Part shown: in pieces, positions 11,401 to 23,731 of the stretch
How positions within the stretch are numbered: position 1 is the first letter of the stretch
Layout of the letters: the number at the start of each line of letters is the position of its first letter
Assembly: GCA_002633005.1 (NCBI GenBank)
Contig: NMRA01000007.1
Location: forward strand, 1,605,697 to 1,669,696
Source: Phoronis australis
Lineage: Eukaryota; Animalia; Phoronida
Length of the DNA stretch: 64,000 bases
Direction of reading: 5' to 3'
Program-made: the position numbers and the translations under genes
The notes under the pieces: model-generated
Database searches by the model: none
Told to the model about the DNA's origin: nothing
The model's input: only the letters and a program-made list of their open reading frames with translations

Positions 11401-14400
11401 TTGAAGTGACATATTGGAGCCTTCCTCGCGAATGGCTGTAATTTCAATACATCGCAGATAGTCGCAGCACAGTGGGACGCGACTTTACGGCAGTTGTTAG
11501 TACGATTTCAAAAACTGAACACAAACCAAATGGGAACCTACTGAGTAAAAACCCTTTGGACATTATTGTGTTGATGCATGTTTTGGCCATAGCTGCCCAT
11601 TTCTGCCCGTCCCCATCCCGTTTCTTTCCAATGTTAAAGATATTCTTTCCGTTTCTTTTGAGCCAAAAACTTCATAAAAAGAGTTTGACTCCGAACCAAT
11701 CTACTTTAAACTTATTCTCAAACGATGCTGTTTCAATACATATTCAAATATTTTCAAAATAACAAGTATACGGAATTTTCAAAATAATTTTGGAATTTCT
11801 GGTTATGAACTAACAAAATGACCGCTACAGTAAACATGGAACGAAGTTTACTTGTTGTGAATTGCGGGCAAAACGCTAATATTGTAGGACTTAAATTTGC
11901 GAAATGTTTTAATTTTAATTATGCCTTTCGATGATTGGTATAATCAGTTCCGTCTTCTAAACTGGTGTAACTGGGCTCTTCCTTTGAAGCATAATATTCA
12001 GTTCTCTGAATACTCACCTCGTGAACCGAACATTCGGCAGACAACAGCAGCAACAGCAGCAGGGACCGGCCATCATCTTCATTTGACTCGTGTCTCCAAG
12101 TTTGTCACACGTGACGTCTTCACCACCCATATAGTCTAATATGAGGTTTGTGAACTTGTATTGTATTATTGCATAATACCTGCAGGTAATACAACCAGAT
12201 TTAATGTAACGTGAAGGAATGGTTCGACGTTTTAACGTGCTTGCAACTGAGCAAAAACATTAAGTGAGCGTTATTAATTTCCAAATTTCCAAAGGAAAAT
12301 TTATCAAACCTTTGAGAGAGACTCCAAGGACTTATTTCCTGATGAATGAATTTCGAGCCATTATCGAAGAAAGGCCATGACAAACGATTTTGTTTTTTGA
12401 AAAACGAGATATTCCATTCCCGTAGCCAAGGGGCGTGCGACGTGTACAAAAGCACAACACACGGGCAGCAGCGGTACGCTCAAGGAATCAAACACTGGTA
12501 GTTCAGGTTCGCGTCAGTCAGGGCCAGAACAAAATCGTCCCTAAACCTGACTCAAAAAGTAATTTAGCATCTGGCTTGCTCCTAATTTCTAAGAAATTGA
12601 GAAATTGAAAATACGTTGAGGTATTAAAAGTGCAATTCACAGTGTTGTCTTCAACCGTACTGCAGTACTGATGAAAAAGTTGCTTCCAACTTACACAAAT
12701 GTGTTTGGCCAGTAGGAAATTTCTGGCAATTTAATGTGTGTCTTAGAAATATTGGACATCGGCCTGAAACATTTAATAAATGTCTGTCCGAATGTCATTT
12801 CTTTTTCCATCCCCAAACAAGGAATTAAGGACGTCACCATATAAAAAGGATGTCAAAATTTCAAGTTCACGAATTGTAGTCATGACAACAAGAAATAAGC
12901 CATCATCATGATTAAGCCGCACACGTGGGATGCATAGAGTGATTGGTAAATACGATCATTCCGAAAAAGTGAAACCCCTACGCCACCAATGGCCGACCCG
13001 TCCAAAACTATGGAGTGCCAAGTGACCCTTCACTTCTTTTTTGTCGGTATATTTAACCGCAGTCACGATGATGGGAACTTTGAGACAAATTTGTAGGAGC
13101 TAGTTTCGTGATTCTGATGTTTAGGTTTAAATAGGGAATGAAATGCAATTTCAACGTATTAAACAAAAGCCATTTCTATGAAACAGTGAATCCTGCCTGA
13201 CTCTTATATTTCGACGTCCTTTTTTTCTTAAACCGTGTGCTTTCTCGGCAAGGGTAAGACTCATGAGGCACACACAAGGGGCCCGTTCCATTTCATGAAA
13301 ACTGGCTTAAGACTTAAGACTTAGGACCAAAAATGTGTTAAAGTTAAAACAAAAATTCGGGCTAAGTTAAGACCGAAGACAGAAATTAAGTAAAGACAGT
13401 TTCATGAACACATGAACACAAAGTCGGATTTTGGTCTTAGGTCTTAACTCAGGTGACATAGGTGCAACGAGCATACAAACTACGCTTTCGCCACCTTTTG
13501 TGAATTCACACAACTAAGAGCGGTCCTGCGTGTGTGAAAGACGGTTTCAAGAATAAGCTTACATTTTGGATATAACTGGGATTTCGTTTACTTGAGAATA
13601 CTCTGGCATGGCTGGAAAATATCATTTCATATGTGCCAATAAGACATACTGCATTGTCACTATGAACCGAAAGCAAACGTTACTCAATTTGACATAGTTT
13701 AGGGACCTCAGATTGCTAAAAAAATATTAACAAAATTTATTCCTCAACAGTTTACAGGAGTCCTAAATTTTGGTCATTTAGACTCCAGTAAAACAGAAAA
13801 GGTTTCATGAAACGGGCTCCAGAGTATCCAGAACATCACACTGTACACATTAAAGGAGCATGCCACCCAAAAAACAACCTAATTTGTATCAATTTAGCTC
13901 GAGTAGTTCTACTCCATAACGACACGCACGGTTGCGTTACCTGACACCTGACGGCAGACGGAGGTGTTGAAATTATCCAATGACGTTATCGGTTTCACAC
14001 GCAGTCTGTTCAACAGTTCACAACACGGGTTACTGGTGTCAGCTTATCGCTTGAAGTCGTAGTTTAACACCAACAAATCATCAAACTTCGATGTAAAACC
14101 CTTAAAAATACACCGTTATAAAAACGTGTTGTTTTATTTCGCTCTTATGGATTTATTGGTATTTGGACACACCGTAGCCTACAAACTTCGGCAGGCCAAT
14201 AAGGTCCGTAGCAGGAGTTTGGGGTCTGCTCGGAGATAATTTCGAAGTATTTTCCGTGAGATACAGACAGGAGAACCTAGATCTGTGTTGTTTAGACTTG
14301 TGATTTTTTTAGTTCTAAACACAAAACGCTCGTTATCCTGACCAGTGGCTCGGAGCCCGATCAGACATCACGAACATAAACCGGACAAAGTTCAGTGGAA

Positions 14401-17400
14401 ACTAAACTTCCAGTCAAGAAAATACTATACTAGTGAGCCAAAGTAATGTGCACGTGATTATGTTGGTGAATTAGCCACGAAACTGCAAATCTACTTACTC
14501 GTCGGGGGCCGCGAATTCAGGTTCCGCTTTGGTCACAGCACCGTCAGGGCAGAAGTCGTACATTGACAATCATTATTTGAGTAATCATGTGATGTAAATG
14601 TAAATAAAGATTCCCCTAACACCTGGCCGTGGGATGGAAATCGAGTTGTTTCACAACAGTTTCTGCCAGCAAACACTAAATTAGCATGAGCTCACACGGC
14701 CTACCCGTCAATTAGATTTATTGCACTTCAAAAGCCGGTAACGCAGTGATTTATTCATTGCTGGCTTCTCAAATCATTTGCACTCACGAACACTGCAAAG
14801 GCATTACAAATTGCATCTAATGAGACAGACTTTGTTTCAGTTTTATAAAAGTATTGGTTAGGGTGAGAATAATTCATTTTGAAACAGAACGCTCAGTAAT
14901 CATAAACGCCAACATGGCAACTCGCAATCCCGACTTTGGACGAGCTCTGAGAGCTCATCAGTCCCGACTTCGCAGGTGGATCGTTAAGTTTTACAGGCTA
15001 TCAATTTGAACAGGAATACAGTGATCAAGAAATACTAGAGAGGCGCCGTGAACAAGCTCAGACAACGGAACGTATGCAGTTATTTGGTAAGCCGACCGGC
15101 ATTCCTCAGGCACTGTCGACGTATGCAGGCCACAGACACGGAGATGTTTCACGGCCTCATACTTGCTATTTACAGCATACATTTCATTCTTCACTGCCAT
15201 GACCCACTTCCTAAGCACTCTCGAGGAAGTAAAAAAAACGATATACCCGCTTTCCTCGCAGCTGCTTAGTTCGGACAAGCGGGAACGATGCACCGCAACA
15301 TAGTGGCATTCACTCTGCATATGAACCACTGACGTCGCTGGCGTCGTTTCTCACCTTCCTAACAGGTTAACGCGACACCTCTTGGCAAGGTAAGGTCGAC
15401 CGTATGCGAGGCGATGTGGATATAGACCGATTAAGGCGGCAAAAAAGACTAATTAAATCGGGTGGCATTCTCCTTTAAGAGACATGCGTATGTCAAATGT
15501 ATTTACTCTTTCAATTTCTTGGAAATTAAGGGCTAAACCAACACGTACATTTAATTTTTGAGTACTTAAATTTTCATTCTGAAGGATCTGTGACTGCGTG
15601 ACGTGAACGACGGATGACCTGAATAGTGGTCAATTGCCAACGACACAGGCGGGGTGAGAGCAAGGCTGAAGGTTCTCTTATCACAACTTTGCCGTGTTGC
15701 AAAAGCTGACTACGGATTTTGGAAACGAAATAATTTCAGTGTGGGACGGTTAGATCAAGTAAAAGCTCATTGCCATTGCACTGAAATGCTTTTGTTCGTA
15801 AACAACGGATCTTAATTGGCAATAATAAGATATGGTCGAAAGTACTTGCATGGAACCGACGAAATCACAGGTCGTTGCACCTCTAGGAATTAGAACAGCC
15901 AGCAACGATAGTATGGCGAATACCTGGAGAAGAAAACAAACATCTAATGAAAACATGAAACAGATAATTTCATTAAAGTCGTACTACTTCCTCAAACAAC
16001 CGATACGTGGCAGAATACTATAACAGTTGTTAACTCAGAGCACCGTTATGGATTCAAATCACGCTACAACAATTACTATTTCCATAAGCAACCGACCCTG
16101 AGCATGGATGCACCGATGAATGTATCAATTAGGAGTTTTTTGGGGGAATTTAGCATACGTCTACCTCCACTTGTTCATTAACAATTCATGTCTGGGGGAA
16201 CTTTCTAATCGCTCTCGTGTACGCACCTTTTGAGAAAACTATTATAGCTCGCGAGTTTTGCCAAAATGCTTTTATGACCAAATTTTTTTCTCAAATTCAA
16301 CCAAAAATGAATCGAAGTAAGTTTTGACTGGAAAACCACTAGATTGGTTTGAAGAATGTACGTACTGGATAAGTCGACACCATACACAAGGTCAAAGCTT
16401 TCCTCGACGAGCTTTGCCGAGCTTTCACGGTGTAGATAAGAGTATCCAGCGAGACGACCAGGCACAGAATGACGGACAATGAGCAGATGACAAACAGCGC
16501 AACATCTCCCCCTTTCCACACTGAAATAAATTGAGTATTTTGAAAACTCTGCTGCACACACCTTATTATGAGCATAAAATTACGAAACATCATTGTGTTC
16601 CTTTTGAAAACTTGTCCGTTTCACTTGTTTTGTGTTGGAATACACTAGTGGATAATGAAGTCGTCGACAAAAATGCTCGCGTGAATCAGGAAGTCATTGA
16701 TAGAATTCAGATAACCGTCGAATGACGTCACTAAGGTATGAACTCACTTAGCTATAGACATAGGTGGATTTAGGGGGGCCCCATCCGCCCCCTTGGCTGC
16801 GGCAAAAAAAAATAAAACAGCAAGAATGTAGGGAAAAGTTGAGTTTATTAATTAACCCCGGTAATTAAAATCATACGGATGAAACAAGATTTGAATGTGT
16901 CCAGTTTTAGTGTTGNACAGCGCATTCGTAACTGAACTGTGGCTAAATATAGAGAATCACTCAGAAACTCGTAATTCTTTCTATGTCAAACCTTAACTTA
17001 AGACGATTTTCAAAGCAATCCCGTCATTATTGCCAACATGAAAAACGGATCTGGTCTTTTGGGCATTTGAAGACTATTTTAAATACAACAAATTTGTTAA
17101 GAACCGATTGCACAAAATATAAAACGTGTAATAAGTATTACAAAAACAAGTAGGTTTCGCGCGCAAACGCTGTACAGACCATAAACAAGTAGGTCTCTTA
17201 GTACAATATTAGTAGATAAATCGTGGTGGTGTAGTGGAAAAGCGCGCGCGCTCTATCCGCCCGGTCGTGAGTCCGAGTCTGTGGTACCTCCAGTTTTTCC
17301 TGTTGGACACGTTATCCGTGTTTTTGTTTTTTTGCCTTTTTTTCTTGGATAATACTTCAGGAATCAAGGAAAATGCTTGATTTTTAGAGGAAAAAACAGA

Positions 17401-20400
17401 AAAATTTTCTGGGCGGGAGGGGAGCAAACCCCCATTTCGACCTCCCCCCATTCGGTGCTATGCGCATCTACAATCGTGGTTTACACACATCCGGACAAAA
17501 AGTTGGGCCCCCTTGTGATATCCTAGATCCGCCACGGATTAAATAACATGGATATAAGTTTTTCGCGCTCATGTTCAAGAGTTCAACATTACCGTGACTA
17601 TTATACAGTGCTCAGTGCTCGCCAACACCACAGCAGTAGATTCAGACGCTGCACTAATCTACTTGGTAGGACAAAAATCCAGCCTCATTCCCAAGCCTCA
17701 AGATAGCTCTGATCGGTTTAGCCATTTAAGGCTTGGTTATGGGAAATGCCTTCTATGCAATTATTGGCCACTGCCTTGACGTGATTAAAACAAAGGCAGA
17801 CTTTAATTATTTTCACAGGCATTATTGCTGCCATTCACGAATTAGTTATTGTTTGAAATAAAGGTTGTTGCCGTAGTAATTTTCAACTCTTCTTTGCTAA
17901 TTATCATAGAAATTAATCAGTTTTGGAATCAAAAAACATCATTTATGCAATAATTTAGTATACCGTTAGTGTTCATTTTTATTTCACATTCTGACACATT
18001 ACATTTTCCATAACCAAGCCTCAAATTGCTAAAGCGATGAGCACCATCTTGAGGCTTGGGGACGAGGCTGACAAAAATCCAACTTGTTCCATCATGGACT
18101 TCGGGACACGTGAGCATTTCAGCGACGATTGCGTAATCAACACGTGTCATTAAAAGTGAGTTAATTGCATGCGTTTTCTAAGGGGCACGATAGCGTTCCA
18201 CGATAAAATACGAGGACGTTTTCTCTCTACAGGGGATTTGCAGCAATATTTCAACGCTTATTAGCCTCCCGCCATTAAGTAAAAAATTTATCTTATTGGC
18301 ATTACGTCACCTGTCCCTTCACATACCTTGCTCATTTATGAACAAGTACATGACAAAGTTACGTCATGATCTCTGTTCTACAAAGAGAGCTGCCTGGTCA
18401 AGAAAGCCATTCAAATGTCCGGAGAGAAGGTGTTTGCCGCAAAAATATTTGTTTGTATGACGTTGTAGTTAACATCAAACGGTCTGACCTCATTACTTGA
18501 TCTATTTTCTAGTTTTACATTTAACTGTTGTAATAGCCATACTTCTTATTTCATTAAATCAGTTTACGTGCACTAAGATTTTCCTTTTTCTTATTTTACT
18601 TTATAGTTTCCTTGTTCACGTTTTTTCATGTCGTTTCTGTATGACTTCCTGTTCGTTTTACTTCTATTTTTCATCGAGATCACGAGATCTTACTAAAAAA
18701 ATCTCTGTGGATATATAGTGAATCCTATACGAGTCTTAGGTTTGTGACATGGACAAAACCGCTTGAAAATTTCGTCAAAATTCCTCGGCAGGCCTCGGAA
18801 TTTTGACGAAATTTCCAAGAGGTTTTGCCCATGTCATAAACCTATGACGAATATAAGATTCTCTATATTATGCATTATTGTTTATGTGAAGATAGCAAGT
18901 AACACTTTGAAAATGGCGAAAATGTCTAGTTTAGTTTCAGTTGAACAGGGTTATTTGCCAATGATGCAGTGCGGCGAAGTATTTTTTACGAAACCGAATC
19001 CCAATGTCGAGTAATCTCGCGCGTACTATTAGTTCCCGTGTATACTCAAGACTGGGCTGCCGCCTGGAATTTTTAGTGCACGCGTACTAAGAAATGTTAA
19101 TAAATGAGACCTCAATATCAGAACAACTTGCAATAGTCACTCGTAGATACTTGAAATGTCAGATTATATAGCCCTCAATCGACTAGAGCATACCTCTCAA
19201 TACGAAAACAAACACAACTCGCTGATAACTCACTGGTTGACGTGTCTCGACAATCAAGTTTTCATAAGCATATCAAAAATAAACGCAGACTTATTGACTT
19301 TTTAATAATGTGAAGGTAGAGATTTTTGAGAGTATCTCACTAAACTAAAAAGTGTGACATGTTGCAAAATATTTATGAACGCTGGCTTTTTCGTGATTAA
19401 TAGGCATCTTGCCGGTAAGTACTCAACTTCAGGAGTGTTTGAATGAACAATTTAGCGGAATAGAAGTACGTTGTGGAACATCTGGTTTATACAGTTGAAT
19501 ATGTCCAAAATATAAAATTAATTTTATTGTGAAAAGGTATTATTTTCTGTAAGTAGAACGCCTGCTGAATTTAACTGTGCGCCATGAATTGGGTCACGTG
19601 ACCACATCTTTATGATAAAATTTAGCTAAAAGAAATGTATCATAGCAATACAACAGCATTAATAACATGACCAAATTTGGTTTGAAACAAAAAGTTCAAA
19701 TTTCAAAAAAGCTGTTACGCAATTTTTGAGTTTTTTTTTCTTAAAATCAAGTCACTTTTGTTGGGTCCTGACGCAAAAGTGGAATATTTTGAAAACAAAT
19801 TGGAGAAAAAAACCTAACACATAATTATTAACTTTTATCGAGGTCAATAACTTGATTTTCTGACCTCAAAAATGAGAGATAATGACCGAGATGTAGTTAT
19901 TCTCCTGGATTTGGAAATAAATGAGTAAAAATAACAGAACATTGATTTGCTTTAGTTTACAATACACGCAGTCACACAAACGCGCGCGCACACACACACA
20001 GGCACACACACACGCACAAATTGAATTTTTTCGTTTCAACTCAAAACATCAATGAAAAGGTACAGCAATGAGGGGAGCAATACAAATAACCAGTCACTCA
20101 AAGTATCAGAGCCTTACTTGTTAGGTATATGTTTTGTTTCCACAAGCTGACGTTTCAATTTAAAACAAGACGTTTGGATGTGTGTGCTAATTGTAAGTAT
20201 GACCTCGATTGTCACTAAAGCGCTTATCTATTTTCTGATATTTCTATACCCATAACTGAATATGTTCTGCTTTTCAATATAGAATACGACAGTTCATAAG
20301 ACATCGACAGTTTGTGTATTTCACATGTGAATTTCAAACAATATCTTCGCATATCTTAATGATGTAGGTACTGAAAGTAATCCGTATAGTATATCAATCG

Positions 20401-20726
20401 CTTATCAGTACTCAATAAGCACGTATCAACTTGGTCTTTTTATCTTCAATTCAATTCCTAGTTGTCACCTCAATTTTGTTTTATTAGTAGTCAACTTTGT
20501 CCACTCAGCTATAGCTCATAGCTAGATGTATACAGTGTTGTGTCTAAAGTTTAATATCAAAAGTGCAAATCTCACCTAAAACATGTCCAAGTAGATGTGA
20601 TGACGAAGGAATCCCAAATTCGCATTTTCTGGGAATACTTGAGGAATTGTCCGAAACATTTGTCCTGTTAACGAGTATGTCCCATGACGATGCGCTGGTG
20701 GGTACTTCACTATAACCGTATTCCAT
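8467..20726 (-). CDS. SLC51A: Organic solute transporter subunit alpha-like (SLC51A/OSTalpha), 7 exons: 20726-20576, 16520-16366, 15923-15850, 12179-12018, 11117-11006, 9476-9224, 8651-8467; 363 aa
   Basis: Exons join in phase to 1092 nt. Motifs LIPR, DYMGGE, GPCCCCCCLP (Cys cluster), LWNDG, KFAIFP..LQ, IPCAAPFSP..R and HNSLLAFEVFLL..GRWLYKR match OSTalpha. Multiple hydrophobic TM segments. Intron 3 has a GC donor. Confidence 0.9.
8715..8789. repeat. 27-bp tandem repeat (TTTCCTTTAAGCATAATGTTAGxxTTC) x ~3 in the last OSTalpha intron
   Basis: Seen directly in sequence. Confidence 0.9.
13278..13820. mobile_element. Harbinger-like MITE (GGGCCCGTTTCATGAAA-type TIRs)
   Basis: ggggcccgttccatttcatgaaaac ... 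ggtttcatgaaacgggctcc; internal ttaagac repeats. Confidence 0.65.
13854..15474 (+). mobile_element. Non-autonomous Kolobok-type DNA transposon (1.6 kb) with TTAA TSD, carrying a decayed KolX-like ORF
   Basis: TTAA|AGGAGCATGCCACCC ... GGGTGGCATTCTCCT|TTAA (15-bp TIR, 1 mismatch). Internal fragments GYQFEQEYSDQEILERRRE, HCRRMQ..E and RYT resemble KolX/P2X7 C-terminal-domain proteins. Confidence 0.8.
16759..17537. mobile_element. PIF/Harbinger-like MITE in OSTalpha intron 1 (contains an N at 16916)
   Basis: cataggtggatttagggggg ... ctagatccgccacgg termini, same family as 38732 and 52045. Confidence 0.5.
17680..18070. mobile_element. MITE with ~70-bp TIRs and a perfect 9-bp TSD (AcademH-like or MULE-like)
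   Basis: ACAAAAATC|CAGCCTCATTCCCAAGCCTCAAGAT ... ATCTTGAGGCTTGGGGACGAGGCTG|ACAAAAATC. Confidence 0.85.
18712..18868. mobile_element. Palindromic hairpin MITE, family P1, copy 1
   Basis: atatagtgaatcctatacgagtc...aaaattcc[tcggcaggcctc]ggaattttgacgaaattt...gacgaatataagattctctatat. Confidence 0.75.
19532..19690 (+). repeat. Dispersed repeat fragment with related copies at ~40695-40880 and ~48914-49100
   Basis: Shared blocks aaaagta..tatt.ttctg; cgaattttgactttg (copies 2 and 3); gtgaccatgtcttt; ggtatca.taaca.gacca. Confidence 0.55.
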
Positions 20727-21932
20727 AACGCAGGTTGTCTATTTCAGAAATCGTCTGCTGAGCGCCGAAAGTCCCGCGTAAAGCCCTCGCTGCGTTGCCG
20801 CGGGTGAGAATTGTGGTGCTGGAAACGGCAATGTTAAAAATTCTAACCAAACAGCATGGCGGCTTAAAATTCGACGATGATTGGTAATACAGACCAGGAA
20901 TTAACCCACGTACACACGCACGTACTGGTAAGATCAACGCACAGATAACGAGTTTAAAGCCTATTGTCTGGGATACAATATTTGATTAGCTTTTACACAT
21001 ACTCCAGTTTGATCTCAAACGCAATGAAATTATTTTACGACGGTCAATAAACATCGATTGACCACAAGACACACCTCGATTTGTAGCTAATATGCTTTCG
21101 GACAAGAAACGTCGTGTGGAGGCCTATATTAAAGAGTTTGTAACGGAGTTTTTATCATGTGACAAAATAAACATAATATATTTGTCTATCATCACGATGA
21201 GCAAAGCTTAAAACTACCAGACCGCAGATATCTGGGCCCGCGATCTTATCAATGTATTCGATATCGAACTCGAAATTATTTTTGACATTTTCCATCCTGC
21301 TTCAATATGAACTCAAGATTAGTGTATATTATTCTGTGCTAGAGTACGTTATGGTTTACCCAGATTATTGTTTAGTCCAAGTTCGCACTTATTGGCCCCA
21401 AGGATTTGTGCTACAAACTCGAGTAAAACTCGCGATTTCGTGTAAAAATGTCCAAAATAATTTCGAGATCGATTTCGAGTACAAAGATTACAGCCTGGGC
21501 CCAGAAGTGGAAGAAAGAAATATAAAATTTACTAAAACCTGGGAATTTTAGCACTGTAGCCACTACGAAAAAAACAAGCAATTTATAGATGGTAATTAAT
21601 AAAATGTAAGAGAACAATTAATTACACCCCAGCAAACCCCTGATCGAGAACAGTGGACAACGATAATCACCGAAGTTTAACTCTGATAACTTTGATGTCG
21701 TTTTGGTAACTTGTGGTTAATTTCGGCATTAGACCAATAAAGAAAACATGAAGTTATGAAAACATAATGCAACACGGGTTCTCCAAACTCATATATCAAA
21801 ATTTCTGAATTTTGGACACTTTTCCGCAAAAAGGATCGTGAAGACAATGATGAACACACGAACCTTTGTGATCGTGAACGCACTGTGGTGTGGATAATGA
21901 CGGCGAGCTTATTGTATGTTTTAAGACGTAAA

Positions 21933-22050
21933 AATAGAGAATCCTACACTCGTGTCAGGTTTATGGCATGAGGAAAACCCTCTTGGAAATTTCGTTAAAT
22001 TTCCAAGAGGTTTTGCTCATGTCATAAATCTGAGACGAGTGTAGGATTTG
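21933..22050. mobile_element. Palindromic hairpin MITE, family P1, copy 2 (central loop deleted)
   Basis: aatagagaatcctacactcgtgtcaggtttatggcatgag...cttggaaatttcgttaaatttccaagag...catgtcataaatctgagacgagtgtaggattt. Confidence 0.75.
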
Positions 22051-22756
22051 CTTTCTCAAACGAACCGTAAAAACGATCTTTTTGCCAAAAAACTCGACGT
22101 GTCTAAAACTTTCAACCACATGACGCTACTTTTGTAAAAACACGCTTGCGCAATGTAAAATAATTCAGTTGCTTTTTGTTAATAGTTTTATTTTAAGATT
22201 AACAATTGTAAATTGCATTCAGCTTTCGTAGCACATATTCAAGTTAGAATCTAATCGAATAGTCTTTGAAGTTGTAATATTAAAACTTGAAAAATGTTTA
22301 TAAATAACAGTCAGCAAGGCTTCACCGCGCGTGAGCACAGGATTGGCCTTAGACAGCACATCAAGTCGCGTTTCTTGAGTTGGGGCTCGTCTCCGTTTGA
22401 ATGAAAGTGGATATGGAATTCGCCGCCGAAGATGGGTCCGTTTAAGAAGTTGTTTGCATGTCCTTCCGAGTGGGAGTACGTACAGTTGCGGCACCCAATT
22501 TGACAATCACAGCCTTGTCACCTTCTCGGAATTCCGGCGTTGTTTGGTTGACGCGCGTTTGGTTGTTTTAGTGTTTTGCACACGATAGAATGTAAGGCGT
22601 ATAGATTTCTGCTTTGCACTTCTTTGTGATTTGCCCATGTAACATAAAAAAATTACGTACTCGGTGTTATACCACAATATTAGCGTCAAATGGCAATTGC
22701 AACCGTGTAATAACCCATAAAGTTATCTCACTAGTGAGATAACGATATGGCAGGAA

Positions 22757-22826
22757 ACCGAGGACGGAGTCGAACCCGGGACCATGGACTTGCTGGTCGC
22801 CGACTTTACCACTACACCATGCAGCG
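22757..22826 (-). pseudogene. tRNA-derived fragment (tRNA pseudogene or SINE head)
   Basis: Minus strand GCTGCATGGTGTAGTGGTAAAGTCGGCGACCAGCAAGTCCATGGTCCCGGGTTCGACTCCGTCCTCGGT has an A box (TGGTGTAGTGG) and a B box (GGTTCGACTCC); acceptor stem and D-stem do not pair properly. Confidence 0.6.
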
Positions 22827-23344
22827 ACTGACGTCGTCAAGAGTGAAAATAGAATACTTAAATGAGTACGCGCAATAAACCTCATTGTACTGTACTTATA
22901 CGCTACGAAAAATAAGACACATAATTTCCATAAAAATGATATCTTAATTCAATGAAATTTTTCTCTCATGCCCTCTTACTTGTAAATCACCGATCTCCAG
23001 TTTGAATGCGGGTATCCTGTCGTCAGGATCTTTGAATTGAGAATTATATTCAGTTACCAGTGGTAACCTACTTTAGCAGACGATGATTTCCCGGTCGAAG
23101 CTTAGCGTGAAAAAAACGTGTTTTAAGCTATAATAGTTGGTAAACCTTAATTTATAAATTCAATTTATTTCTATTATATTTAAGTTTTCAATTGGTTTTG
23201 AGTAAAAGCATTATTTGACAAAAATAGCTCGGCTTTTCTTAAAAGGTCACGGGCCTCTGACATAGAAAGTAGTTACAAAGCTGTGGAGAGTCAGAAAAGG
23301 TAAATCGATTCATTGCAATGTTTCTCGTTTAGTATGTGGTATAA

Positions 23345-23508
23345 ATAGATTATTACATGTTCTCAGCCGTTATCCCCCTTATCTAGAGCCCTCGTGGATT
23401 TTGGAGAATTATCACCCTAGGGGCTAACGCCCCTCGGGCGATAATTCTCCAAAATCCACTCGGGCTCTAGATAACGGGGGATAACGACTTCGCCATGTAA
23501 TAATCTAT
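23345..23508. mobile_element. Near-perfect palindromic MITE (~164 bp)
   Basis: atagattattacatg...gtggattttggagaattatc.ccc.agggGCTAACGCccctcgggcgataattctccaaaatccac...catgtaataatctat. Confidence 0.85.
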
Positions 23509-23731
23509 GTTTATTAACCAGTCGTGTCGTTACACTTTAGTTCATGTGAGAAATTAAGTTACGAAACCAATGTAGTCCAAGGAATTTATTGCATCCTATA
23601 ATGAATTATTATTGTGTGGTATCACTTTTGTAAACTGGTATAGATATCACAGATTGCTTGTAAATCCCCATAAGCACTGAACGTACACCAAGGAAAGCGT
23701 AAGGGAGAGTTACCGTTGTCGTACCACTTAA

